Sequence record: NC_048053.1 | Strand: one strand, 5' to 3' | DNA length: 64,000 bases | Shown: positions 26,468 through 35,361 of the stretch, in pieces | Position numbering within the stretch: the stretch's first letter is position 1 | Layout of the letters: every line of letters starts with the position of its first letter | Translations under genes and position numbers: made by a program | Notes under the pieces: model-generated | What the model saw: the letters and a program-made list of their open reading frames with translations, nothing else | Told to the model about the DNA's origin: nothing | Database searches by the model: none

Positions 26468-27183
26468 CAAGTGAGCAAATCAATGCGGCTGTTGCTAAAA
26501 CATTGGATATGTTTCGCAGTCTAAGCGAACATGCCAAAGAACAAAATCTGTTTCTCGATTTTGAACAAAGCGGTGCAGTTGTACATTACCCGAAGCGCAT
26601 CATCAATTCTCGCCAGACGTATTCTTTGTACGATCTGATAAGCATGGCGATGATCGCTGTAGTCGCTGATAAAAAGTTTTCAGTGTGCATTAACACAACG
26701 GCTGGTGAAAATTTTCTACAACCTTTCGTAGAATTCGAAGGCACTGAGCCTAAGCTGGATGATGTTTTTGTAGCATTGAATGACTCGCTGGATAAATTCA
26801 TCGCTGACAATCCTATCGATGGGCTGAAATGCGGCTGGCGCTACGCACCTGAGCCGGGCATTAACGATGATCGTTCCAGTGCGCCGTTTGCACTTCTTAG
26901 CAATATTTATGCTAATGGTGCGTTTACGGATATCCGATTCACTCGCGATTTTCTTTTCTTCTTTGTTCTGTCGGATGCTATTCGCTATTCCGAAAAACAT
27001 CGTGTGCGCGAAGGCAGTACCGAAAGTTATTCGTACATCGGATTGCCGGATGAATTACATTCCGGATATCACGAAGCAATGAAAGAAATTCTTGAGAAAG
27101 TGCAGAAAGCTATTCTCGAAGATGCTTTCAGAAAGCAGTATTCGGTTCAACCTAAAACAGAGGTTCGCTCCGATGTTCAGTGA
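26464..27183 (+). CDS. Hypothetical protein
   Basis: ATGA overlap, 239 aa. Confidence 0.75.
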   Translation: MTSEQINAAVAKTLDMFRSLSEHAKEQNLFLDFEQSGAVVHYPKRIINSRQTYSLYDLISMAMIAVVADKKFSVCINTTAGENFLQPFVEFEGTEPKLDDVFVALNDSLDKFIADNPIDGLKCGWRYAPEPGINDDRSSAPFALLSNIYANGAFTDIRFTRDFLFFFVLSDAIRYSEKHRVREGSTESYSYIGLPDELHSGYHEAMKEILEKVQKAILEDAFRKQYSVQPKTEVRSDVQ

Positions 27184-27484
27184 AAATAAAGAACTCGAAA
27201 GAATCATGGTTCGCATGGCTGAACGTTTTGATTCTTTTTATCACCGCCTGTACTGTCTGAAACTCGAAAAAGGAATGGAAGCAGAATTACGTGGGCCAAC
27301 TGCCTGCTGTCCAAAATCCGGATCGGATGCGGATATGCTGGAAGAGATTCTGCATTTTCAAAATAAAATCATCACGACGATTGCGGAAATTCGCGCACTG
27401 CAATCTAATGACTCTGCAAAGAGTTACAGCCTTACCGCCAGTGATATTTATTTGGCGGTTCCACAACTGGAATGGATTGAATGA
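27173..27484 (+). CDS. Hypothetical protein
   Basis: ATG 27173 after GAGG. Confidence 0.65.
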   Translation: MFSENKELERIMVRMAERFDSFYHRLYCLKLEKGMEAELRGPTACCPKSGSDADMLEEILHFQNKIITTIAEIRALQSNDSAKSYSLTASDIYLAVPQLEWIE

Positions 27485-27840
27485 AATCTTTAAAACTTAT
27501 GTTCTGCCTTTTGTTTGTTTCCTGTTTCAGCTTCGGAAGCACTATCGTAACTTCTGTCGGAAACAGTACATTTGTTTCGGATAGTAACGGAACAACGGTA
27601 TACAACAAGGTGGGAAATCAGATTTACGGAAGCGATGGAACATCTGTAAATAGGTATGGTAACACCACTATTCTGAATGACGGGCAAGGCAATTCCACCA
27701 TCTATAATAAAGTTGGTAACAGCACGTTAGGCAGCGACGGCACGCTGATTCAGAATGTAGGCGGCAGCACTTTTATTACTGACGGCAACGGTAAAACAAC
27801 TGTTTGCTCTCATGTAGGAAACTCAACCTTCTGCAATTAG
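27481..27840 (+). CDS. Secreted beta-hairpin repeat protein
   Basis: Signal peptide; six (V/Y)G(N/G)xT..DG repeats. Confidence 0.8.
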   Translation: MKSLKLMFCLLFVSCFSFGSTIVTSVGNSTFVSDSNGTTVYNKVGNQIYGSDGTSVNRYGNTTILNDGQGNSTIYNKVGNSTLGSDGTLIQNVGGSTFITDGNGKTTVCSHVGNSTFCN

Positions 27841-27848
27841 GAAAACCT

Positions 27849-28601
27849 ATGCGCCCGTTATTTGAATTGCGTCAAATGGAATCTTTGTTTTGGTATGCTG
27901 AAAATATTTTGCGAATCGCGCAGAAACTTCCGCTAATTCCTATGCCAAACTATCAGACGGAACAAAATTCTATTCTGAACGAAGAAGAGATTATTTCTCG
28001 AATTGAACAGATTAAAGGTTCGCTGTCGCGTCTTACGAAACATACAGCGTTCTATACTCGAATTCAAAACGAGTGTTCGTTTCTTGAAATCGAACAGATA
28101 GATCTTAACTTCCAAAAAATTGACGCTATCGTTGCTGTGGTAGATCGTGCGATTGCAGAGAGGGGAAGAATCCTATCGATAAGTTCATCCACGTATCTTC
28201 TCAATCAAGAAGAAGTTATGCCACCGCTAACGATAACTGAATTCACAAGCAGTTATTCAATACAGGCGCATCGCAATATTTACCATCACGCGTTGCAAGC
28301 AGAAGCATTCGAGTGGATGTGTTGCTTGGATGCGTGCCTATCGCATGGAAACTTAGGCGAGCTTTTACCGGAACCTCCGCAACCTGTCGGAGCGCCTAGC
28401 GGCAATCTTTACGATTACAACGATCAAATCTGTGCTTCAATTTCGCAAAGAACCATGCGTGCATTGCACGAACGAACTACTTACATGGTTTCGACTTACG
28501 GATTAGAAGTCCTCTTCCCTTGCCTTGTTGACAACATTCGGATGCTTGACGAAGACGTTCAGGAACGAATGGAGGAACGACGCAGAAGTAAAGGAGACTG
28601 A
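27849..28601 (+). CDS. Hypothetical helical protein
   Basis: ATG 27849 after AGGA. Confidence 0.7.
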   Translation: MRPLFELRQMESLFWYAENILRIAQKLPLIPMPNYQTEQNSILNEEEIISRIEQIKGSLSRLTKHTAFYTRIQNECSFLEIEQIDLNFQKIDAIVAVVDRAIAERGRILSISSSTYLLNQEEVMPPLTITEFTSSYSIQAHRNIYHHALQAEAFEWMCCLDACLSHGNLGELLPEPPQPVGAPSGNLYDYNDQICASISQRTMRALHERTTYMVSTYGLEVLFPCLVDNIRMLDEDVQERMEERRRSKGD

Positions 28602-28602
28602 A

Positions 28603-28863
28603 ATGTTTTCGGGGAAAACTGTTTTTGAATTGAAGGCCACGCACGGATTACCTCTCGATGTATCGGTTGATCGAATCATTGTTCAAAACAATATGGCAAT
28701 CGACTGGCCTGAATTTATTCGCACCGCACGTAAAAATCTTCGTTGGGATTTTCAAACAATTTCAGATATTGAAAATGCTTTGATGGATGCTGACGTGGAT
28801 CGTAACGTAGCAGCGGGAATTATCTCTCGCTGTAAACTATGGGTTATGCAAAACCCGATCTGA
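28603..28863 (+). CDS. Small protein resembling an alanyl-tRNA synthetase helical segment
   Basis: SGKTVFELKATHGLPLD..AIDWPEF vs AlaRS GxxAFxLYDTYGFPLD..VDxxGF; AAGGAG SD. Confidence 0.65.
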   Translation: MFSGKTVFELKATHGLPLDVSVDRIIVQNNMAIDWPEFIRTARKNLRWDFQTISDIENALMDADVDRNVAAGIISRCKLWVMQNPI

Positions 28864-28923
28864 AAAACTAATAGTGCTATAGTTCAAAAGTTCTATAGCC
28901 TACTTCCTAGAAGGAATGAAGTC

Positions 28924-29565
28924 ATGAAAAAAGAAACTCTGGATAAAGTCGAAAACGTTATCGCCGATGCAACTCCGGAAGCAGTTGAATCTCTGGATTT
29001 GAAACCTGTGCGTAAGTACAAACAGCATACGAACTACTCAAGTGCGTTTGCTATTGGTGAACATGCGGAGTTGTGTTTTGATTTGTCCGAGCAAATCCCT
29101 TTTGGTCGAATCGAAGGGGTTGAGTTTGGCGTAAATGGAATTAGCTATACTGTTGCTGTGGCGGTTAATGCAGGTACGCAGGAAAATCCGGAATACGAAT
29201 TCCATAGCGGTCGTCCTCTTGTTGGTGTGGATGAGCGGCTTCTGGCTTCTCACACGTCAACTCTTCCTAATGCTATTGCTGGCAAATATCCCACGCTGGA
29301 AGGTTGTAATTTTCAAGTCGGCGATATTGTGCGATTCAAATTCGAAGATCATATTGCGAAAGTTGGCGCAACGATCCCGGTGCTCATTTGGGGAGTCGAT
29401 TACACCAAAGGTAAGATCATGTATGACGTGAGCGTTGATGCAGATGAGTATCAAAACACTTCTGCGTACAACGATATCTATGAGCGTTATCTGAAACACT
29501 CAATTGATCGCGTCGATTCAATTTTCATTCAACCAATTGGCGGGTGGGAACTTGAAACAAATTGA
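28924..29565 (+). CDS. Hypothetical protein with two SH3-like repeats
   Basis: FAIGEHA..YTVAV and FQVGDIV..YDVSV. Confidence 0.75.
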   Translation: MKKETLDKVENVIADATPEAVESLDLKPVRKYKQHTNYSSAFAIGEHAELCFDLSEQIPFGRIEGVEFGVNGISYTVAVAVNAGTQENPEYEFHSGRPLVGVDERLLASHTSTLPNAIAGKYPTLEGCNFQVGDIVRFKFEDHIAKVGATIPVLIWGVDYTKGKIMYDVSVDADEYQNTSAYNDIYERYLKHSIDRVDSIFIQPIGGWELETN

Positions 29566-29713
29566 ACTGCTGCCTCATCAAAAAGAGGTTATGAAACTCA
29601 TAGGTAATTCCCAAACGTTGACCCTCGCGTTTGATCCGGGAAATACTTTTATGTGCCTTTCTATTCGTCCTAATAAGGAACAGAAAAATGTCAATGCAAA
29701 AGATCGTAATTGA
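29552..29713 (+). CDS. Small hypothetical protein
   Basis: TTG start after GGGTGG; 53 aa bridging two genes. Confidence 0.45.
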   Translation: MKQIELLPHQKEVMKLIGNSQTLTLAFDPGNTFMCLSIRPNKEQKNVNAKDRN

Positions 29714-30053
29714 GAGCGGCCTCGATTTTGGGGATGCGTGGTCGAAGCTATTAAGTAACGTTCACAACGATTCGAAAACCTTGCTGGTTATTGACCGTGA
29801 AGGTTGGAACGGGGCTGATCAGTATGTGCGTATTATTTCTCCGCAGGCACCACATCCGGACGATTCGCCCGACGCATTCCCGCAGAATCCGTATTTCACT
29901 ATGCGCGATAATAACGCCGATGCTGACGGAACTTTTTCGCCATTCGCTGTACTGAAAACCACGCAGAACAAAGTTTTTCCGTGGACTCCTTCGCAGGGCG
30001 ATCTGTTCGGCAAAGATTGGCGCATTTCTTCGGTGACAGTAAATGCAGAATAA
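29688..30053 (+). CDS. Tad2-like (DUF2829) anti-defence nucleotide-sponge protein
   Basis: LDFGDA..REGWNG..PWTPSQGDLFGKDW. Confidence 0.78.
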   Translation: MSMQKIVIESGLDFGDAWSKLLSNVHNDSKTLLVIDREGWNGADQYVRIISPQAPHPDDSPDAFPQNPYFTMRDNNADADGTFSPFAVLKTTQNKVFPWTPSQGDLFGKDWRISSVTVNAE

Positions 30054-30402
30054 AAATCCTGTGATGCTGGCTGTTAAAATGCAGTTTGTTGAACAGATTG
30101 CAAAAGGCTTCGAAGACATTGCAGTTTTTCGTATCGCCTGCACAATTAATCAGGATAAGAAATTCAATCCGGATGTTGTGTTTGAGAAGGCGAAGAATCG
30201 CATGTTCCCGGACGGCATGGAGAAAGCGATTGTATCAGGTTACGATTATTTGGTGCTGAAAGCGCATGTTGACGGCAGCGAAATTCTGATCAAGCCGGGT
30301 ACGATTATTTTTGTTCGTGAGGATTCGCATGTTGGCGTAATCACTACGAGCGACGGCGTTCCGGATGTTTCGATCCGTGATGGAGAATTGATTGTCAACT
30401 AA
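30043..30402 (+). CDS. Hypothetical protein
   Basis: 119 aa ORF. Confidence 0.7.
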   Translation: MQNKNPVMLAVKMQFVEQIAKGFEDIAVFRIACTINQDKKFNPDVVFEKAKNRMFPDGMEKAIVSGYDYLVLKAHVDGSEILIKPGTIIFVREDSHVGVITTSDGVPDVSIRDGELIVN

Positions 30403-30880
30403 GGGGAAGTTCGTGACAGCGATACGTGGGTTCGTAACGCGACTTCTCTGCACGCACGATTGGAAACGTTTTCGAACTATTCATGGTGACGAAGCCAATT
30501 ATGCGCGTAGCGAATGGCGTTGCACAAAATGCAACAAACATCGCTATAGTATTTTCATCAACGAAATGGAACAAGATGTTCCTAAAGAACCGTTGCTAAA
30601 ACGTATTGCGCATTCGATACGCTACATGATCGGAAGCATTGCGTTTCATTGCCTCAACAAAGAAGACCGCGATGCAATTTATCGCGACTATCGAATGGGG
30701 CATGAGTTGCGAACGGTTGAAGCGTGGATGTGCGAATTTCCGCAGGCGGTAGAAACAGCACGTTATCTGCGTGTCCATAGTTACGGATACAAAGACGATT
30801 TGCCTGCTGACCATCCGGATCGCCGCGCAGCGCAGGATATCTCCTGTTGGCGAGAAGACTTTAGGCGTCAATTCAAATAA
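30392..30880 (+). CDS. Hypothetical protein with CxHxW...CxKC Zn-binding N-domain
   Basis: LLCTHDWK..WRCTKC. Confidence 0.7.
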   Translation: MSTKGKFVTAIRGFVTRLLCTHDWKRFRTIHGDEANYARSEWRCTKCNKHRYSIFINEMEQDVPKEPLLKRIAHSIRYMIGSIAFHCLNKEDRDAIYRDYRMGHELRTVEAWMCEFPQAVETARYLRVHSYGYKDDLPADHPDRRAAQDISCWREDFRRQFK

Positions 30881-30881
30881 A

Positions 30882-30922
30882 CTGTAAATAAAGGCTATCA
30901 GCATATTGTTGGTAGCCTTTTT
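30882..30922 (+). promoter_or_regulatory. CTGTAAATA motif fused to terminator hairpin
   Basis: CTGTAAATA overlapping AAAGGCTATCAGC-ATATT-GTTGGTAGCCTTT-TT. Confidence 0.65.
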
Positions 30923-30938
30923 CACTTTCTGGAGCGTA

Positions 30939-31532
30939 ATGATGGAACTTAATGAGATTGATCGTTGGCAACAATGCTTGCAAGAATTTGGCGGCATTCC
31001 GGTAGGCACGCGAGTTGATAGTGTTCCTATCAGCGTTGTAGATAATATCCGTCACTATCTTGAGCCGAAAGGTTCCCGCGTTTTTCTTTTGCCTTACTAC
31101 GGTCTTGAAATTGCGGTGGATGTGCAAGACAATGTTGATTTGAACATGGAGACGATCCCAAATCGTTTCATTACCGAAGGCGCTCGCGAAAAATTAAGCG
31201 TTGTAGATGAGTGTGGCACGCCCGATATTCATTACCTCGGAATAAAAGAAGTTATTCAGGAAATGATTCTGCAAATTCGTGCGTACTATGATTCTGTTCA
31301 GATGCACCGCTTTGATGATTTTCTCATTTATTCTGAAACTGAATTTGGTATGTGGGAATTGTGGTTCCACAAAAGCGGAGACTGCACTGTAACTCACGCG
31401 CCAAAATATATGGACTTCAATGCGTGGGTGGAAGAAAATTCTCAAACGTATATCGGCATTAGTGGCCTGAATGTCCCGAATGCAATCTATGAGATCGAAG
31501 GTACAGATCTCCTGCGTAAATTTGTGTGGTGA
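30939..31532 (+). CDS. Hypothetical protein
   Basis: ATG 30939 after GGAG. Confidence 0.7.
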   Translation: MMELNEIDRWQQCLQEFGGIPVGTRVDSVPISVVDNIRHYLEPKGSRVFLLPYYGLEIAVDVQDNVDLNMETIPNRFITEGAREKLSVVDECGTPDIHYLGIKEVIQEMILQIRAYYDSVQMHRFDDFLIYSETEFGMWELWFHKSGDCTVTHAPKYMDFNAWVEENSQTYIGISGLNVPNAIYEIEGTDLLRKFVW

Positions 31533-31756
31533 ACATGATTCGTTTTATTTTGTTTCTTCTTTACTGCGTGCCTGCGTATTTCTTCTCGTTCGGTTTAGGC
31601 CAGATTGTGATGGACATTTACGGTAACGTGTTCAAAGCAACTGGAGCACTAACTATCTGTTTCGCTTTTCTGATGATTATGTTTTGGGTTGTTACCCGAA
31701 TGATTCGCCGCAGAAAAGTTTATCTCAACGAATTTTTCTATACGGTGCGTGAATGA
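31526..31756 (+). CDS. Small two-TM membrane protein
   Basis: Two hydrophobic helices, basic C-tail. Confidence 0.7.
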   Translation: MVNMIRFILFLLYCVPAYFFSFGLGQIVMDIYGNVFKATGALTICFAFLMIMFWVVTRMIRRRKVYLNEFFYTVRE

Positions 31757-32022
31757 AAAAACTTCTGCTAATAGTTTTTCTTCTGGTTGGATGCAACGAT
31801 CCTAAAGATACGGTCTACACCAGTCAGATGTTAGTCGAACATAATTGCGTTGCTACGGGAGCATATCTCTTTCAGGAAGAATCAACGCAATTTAACGGGC
31901 AAATCACAAGTCAAAGACGAGTTAAGTATTACATCTACTCTTGCGAAGGCGGCAAGAAAATGTCTGAGACTTTGATTGTCGATCCTAACAAACAGATGCC
32001 TGAAATTGGAGAGGCACCATAG
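31753..32022 (+). CDS. Lipoprotein
   Basis: MKKLLLIVFLLVG-C lipobox. Confidence 0.8.
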   Translation: MKKLLLIVFLLVGCNDPKDTVYTSQMLVEHNCVATGAYLFQEESTQFNGQITSQRRVKYYIYSCEGGKKMSETLIVDPNKQMPEIGEAP

Positions 32023-32030
32023 GAATTCTT

Positions 32031-32462
32031 ATGAACGATATTCGTGTTGATCGTCCTATAGTTTTAGATTTAAATCCGTCTCGCAGAATCACTGTACGCA
32101 ATTGCTATCAGGCGTTGCAGCAACTCACTATTATCTATAATGCCGAAGTTGGTTACGATGATCCGCTTGATACTAACAATGATCGCTGCTTCGCGTACCA
32201 CACGGCTTTGGTTCCAGATAAAGATATGCGTCAATGGTGTGCGTTGATGCGTCAGTGGAGTGTTATTAATCCGGATACAAAAGAGCGTGTATGGGTAATG
32301 TATTTCGATATGCCCACCAACGTTACGTTTCAAACGTGCGCCGATCTCTGGAATCAGTATGTCAAACGCGCAACTGAATCTATCCCTTCGGTACGCATGG
32401 AAGAAATGTGTAAAGTCTTTCTTGAAGAGACAGATTTCATGGAAAGCTACAAGGGGGAGTAA
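32031..32462 (+). CDS. Hypothetical protein
   Basis: 143 aa ORF, AGGA SD. Confidence 0.7.
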   Translation: MNDIRVDRPIVLDLNPSRRITVRNCYQALQQLTIIYNAEVGYDDPLDTNNDRCFAYHTALVPDKDMRQWCALMRQWSVINPDTKERVWVMYFDMPTNVTFQTCADLWNQYVKRATESIPSVRMEEMCKVFLEETDFMESYKGE

Positions 32463-32469
32463 GAACTCT

Positions 32470-33309
32470 ATGTTGAAGAAAATAAAGTTTGCTGAATCTC
32501 TGCGTTACTTCAAAGAAGAACGAGAAGAACAACGTGCCGAAAAATTGGTTGGTCGTGAATTCAATTTTGAAAGCGGTCGTATCAATGTTCTGGTTGGTGA
32601 GAACGGCAGCGGCAAAAGCTCTTTACTGGAATCTTTGGCAAAGAAAATTCTGGCGTACAACTACGGACATACGCGCCTTGATGATCGCCTCATTCGTTTT
32701 AATGATGAATACTGGTCGAAGGAAGATCCGGATCGTTGGTACAGCGACGAAATCTATATGCCAGATGTTTCTCTTGAAACTGAATCGCCAATTTACGGCA
32801 TGTATATGTCTCCTGATTGGAAACCGTGCGACGCTCTAAATTGGGCGCACGCTCTTTGCTACGGTTTAGGCAAAGAGGCTACGGATCATTTCAAACGCAC
32901 CGAACAATTTTCTTCTGGTCAGGGCATGAGCAATGTCATAACGCATATTGCAATGGCGCTGAAAGAACGTAGCCCGGAAGTAAGTTTGGAAGAAGTGAAA
33001 TATCATATTCGCCCGGAAGATAATAACCATCTTGCGAAGCGAGCGAAGTTCTTACAAAAACTTCTGCCTGCTGCTGGAAGTAATATCGTTGCGATGTTTG
33101 ACGAACCTGAGCGTACTTTGGATTTAGGTTCGCAACTTGCTTTCTGGCAACTGATGAATGATATTGCTCAACGCGAGCATGTACAAATCGTTATTGCGTC
33201 GCATAGCTGTATTCCATTAATGTCGCCGGATAAATTCAATTTCATTGAAATGAATGAAGGCTACAAAGAAAGGTTGCTAAATACAACTGCAAATCTTTCT
33301 TTCAAATAG
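32470..33309 (+). CDS. ABC-type (SMC/AAA_21-like) ATPase
   Basis: Walker A GENGSGKS, signature SSGQG, Walker B AMFDEPE, H-loop IASHS. Confidence 0.88.
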   Translation: MLKKIKFAESLRYFKEEREEQRAEKLVGREFNFESGRINVLVGENGSGKSSLLESLAKKILAYNYGHTRLDDRLIRFNDEYWSKEDPDRWYSDEIYMPDVSLETESPIYGMYMSPDWKPCDALNWAHALCYGLGKEATDHFKRTEQFSSGQGMSNVITHIAMALKERSPEVSLEEVKYHIRPEDNNHLAKRAKFLQKLLPAAGSNIVAMFDEPERTLDLGSQLAFWQLMNDIAQREHVQIVIASHSCIPLMSPDKFNFIEMNEGYKERLLNTTANLSFK

Positions 33310-33320
33310 GAAGATTATTT

Positions 33321-33722
33321 ATGAAGGCTTTAAGTGTTAAGCAACCTTATGCGTGGTTACTGGCTAATGGTTTTAAAGATATTGAAAACCGTAGCTGGCA
33401 TACAAAGATGCGCGGGGATGTTTTAATTCATGCTTCAAAGGGAATGACTCGTAAAGAATACGCAGAAGCAAAAGAACTGTGTGATCAGTTGTCTGTAAAA
33501 ATTCCTGCGTTTGAAGATCTGGATCGCGGTTGTATTGTAGGCAGCATGGAGATTTTTGATTCAGTTAACGAAAGCGATTCGCCGTGGTATTTCGGGCAAG
33601 TAGGTTTCTGTGTGCGTAAAGCAAGGCCATGTAAACCCATTCCAATGAAAGGTAAATTGAATTTCTTCGAGACTGGAATTGCAAAAGGGGATCTAAAATG
33701 GATTCGCAGAACAACGAAATAA
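33321..33722 (+). CDS. ASCH domain protein
   Basis: ALSVKQPYA..GFKDIENR..LIHAS..GCIVG. Confidence 0.9.
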   Translation: MKALSVKQPYAWLLANGFKDIENRSWHTKMRGDVLIHASKGMTRKEYAEAKELCDQLSVKIPAFEDLDRGCIVGSMEIFDSVNESDSPWYFGQVGFCVRKARPCKPIPMKGKLNFFETGIAKGDLKWIRRTTK

Positions 33723-34531
33723 AAATGTCCGTTGGTACTATGACGGGCATGAAACTGAACTGTAGTCGCTTGCCTCCAGACCTTTGGAATTCTGTGCTTC
33801 GCGAACAACAACGTTTATCCCGTTTGTTGGATATGAATCGATCTCCTTATCGTGTTATATTTAGTGCGCTTCCGTGGAGTTGGAATTTTCCTTCGCATGA
33901 ACAGGCTGAGGGACGATTGAATCGCGGCATGTCTCCGTTTGTTCCTCTACCTGATTGCGAGCATGATCCTTTCTTTCAAGTTTTTGATACTCACGCTAAA
34001 GAACTTTGCAGCGCGATGGGTCTTGATCATAAACTGCTGGAAGAGTTTACTGAAACTACGGATCGTAACATGCTTAAAACAATGGGTGTAGATCCAGAAG
34101 TTCTCGCAGAACATTGCATACATCGTTCGAAAGTTAAAGTAGGGAACGATGACCGTTTATATTCATTAGCTCGCCGTCCGGGAAAAGCGACGCTGGCTAT
34201 GCAGCACCGTTCTGACACGCGAACTATTACAGCAAGCCTTCTTTATTCAGGACTCGATCCGGATAAAATTTTAATTATCGATCCGAAAATCGAACCTCAA
34301 CAAAGTTGGTCAAAAGAGCTTGAAGAGTTTCCGCGTACCTTCGAGGGAACCTTTACGGTTGAAAACAAAGAGGATTTAAAAAACTTTATTGAATCTCTTG
34401 CGCCAAAACTGACCATTCCTCACTATGCAGCGAAGCCGGAAATCAATTTATCTCCGCGTTCGAAACGTAAATCGTTGATTCGTGCATCGCGTAAACTAAA
34501 TAAACATGCGAGAAAAAATGGACGCAAATAA
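33698..34531 (+). CDS. Hypothetical protein with basic C-tail
   Basis: 277 aa ORF. Confidence 0.7.
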   Translation: MDSQNNEIKMSVGTMTGMKLNCSRLPPDLWNSVLREQQRLSRLLDMNRSPYRVIFSALPWSWNFPSHEQAEGRLNRGMSPFVPLPDCEHDPFFQVFDTHAKELCSAMGLDHKLLEEFTETTDRNMLKTMGVDPEVLAEHCIHRSKVKVGNDDRLYSLARRPGKATLAMQHRSDTRTITASLLYSGLDPDKILIIDPKIEPQQSWSKELEEFPRTFEGTFTVENKEDLKNFIESLAPKLTIPHYAAKPEINLSPRSKRKSLIRASRKLNKHARKNGRK

Positions 34532-35048
34532 TCTGATTGCCTTCCTTGCGATGTGGGCTATTTTCGGATCAACTTTCGCACTGCTTGATTTTATTGAAGC
34601 GCTGTATAAGAAGATTCGAAAGAAAAGCCATTTGAGTTGGATTCAAACTTTCGTGTATCCGGCTATGGTTATTATTCTGTGGCCTGTGGTGATAGTTACG
34701 TTAATTTTACAAGTGTGTTTTCCAAAAACGTTTGCGCGATTCCGCAAGTGGTTCGATTTTAAAACTCGCTTCTATCCGGTTCCGATATACAAAACCGAAG
34801 AGTTTGATCCTCGCCTTTTGAAATCAAAATTGTGTGAAGTGTCTGTTCTCGAATGGCAGAAGCCGGGTTATCAGTACGAAACGACTTTGGATCTTTATGT
34901 CTACCGTAACGATAAAACGGGAATGCTTAGAATAGCAGTTAACTATTCTGAATCGAGTGGCAAATTTAAATATGTGTCGCACTGGCAAACATGGATAGGA
35001 AAACACAATCTTTTCAACTCCAGATTAATAGAGGAACAAAATGAGTAA
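34518..35048 (+). CDS. Two-TM membrane protein
   Basis: Two N-terminal hydrophobic helices. Confidence 0.7.
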   Translation: MDANNLIAFLAMWAIFGSTFALLDFIEALYKKIRKKSHLSWIQTFVYPAMVIILWPVVIVTLILQVCFPKTFARFRKWFDFKTRFYPVPIYKTEEFDPRLLKSKLCEVSVLEWQKPGYQYETTLDLYVYRNDKTGMLRIAVNYSESSGKFKYVSHWQTWIGKHNLFNSRLIEEQNE

Positions 35049-35361
35049 ATGTCTTTCTCTCACTCAACTGCTCGATATTCGCAAAAAGATGATCTCGATT
35101 GTTGATGATCGTCGTATTAAACTTTCTGAAAAAGGAATGGAAGATCCTAACCAGACCAATTGGTCGATCAGTAAAGTTCCGACAAAAGTTAGCACTGCGT
35201 ATCAGGATATTGGATTCCTGTGTGACCATGTTTCACGTCTGGAATATCTTATTGAAATGCAGGACACCGACGAAGCTAACGAACTTTCGGAAGAACGTTC
35301 CAAAGAGTTGTTGGATTCTTTACCTCCGGAATTCCATGAGGAAACTGATGATAGCGAGTAA
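35041..35361 (+). CDS. Hypothetical protein
   Basis: GAGG SD. Confidence 0.7.
   Translation: MSKCLSLTQLLDIRKKMISIVDDRRIKLSEKGMEDPNQTNWSISKVPTKVSTAYQDIGFLCDHVSRLEYLIEMQDTDEANELSEERSKELLDSLPPEFHEETDDSE

Noticed and set aside
28875-28900. Hairpin GCTATAG...CTATAGC upstream of ORF 28924
   Set aside because: Plausible regulatory stem, but no U-tract and no CTGTAAATA motif, so I cannot assign a function.
29552-29713. ELLPHQKEV resembling a helicase/terminase Q-motif
   Set aside because: The ORF is only 53 aa with no downstream ATPase motifs in any frame that I could see.
34150-34260. ARRPGKAT as a helicase Walker A remnant in ORF 33698
   Set aside because: No Walker B or other motifs; a single short match is not significant.
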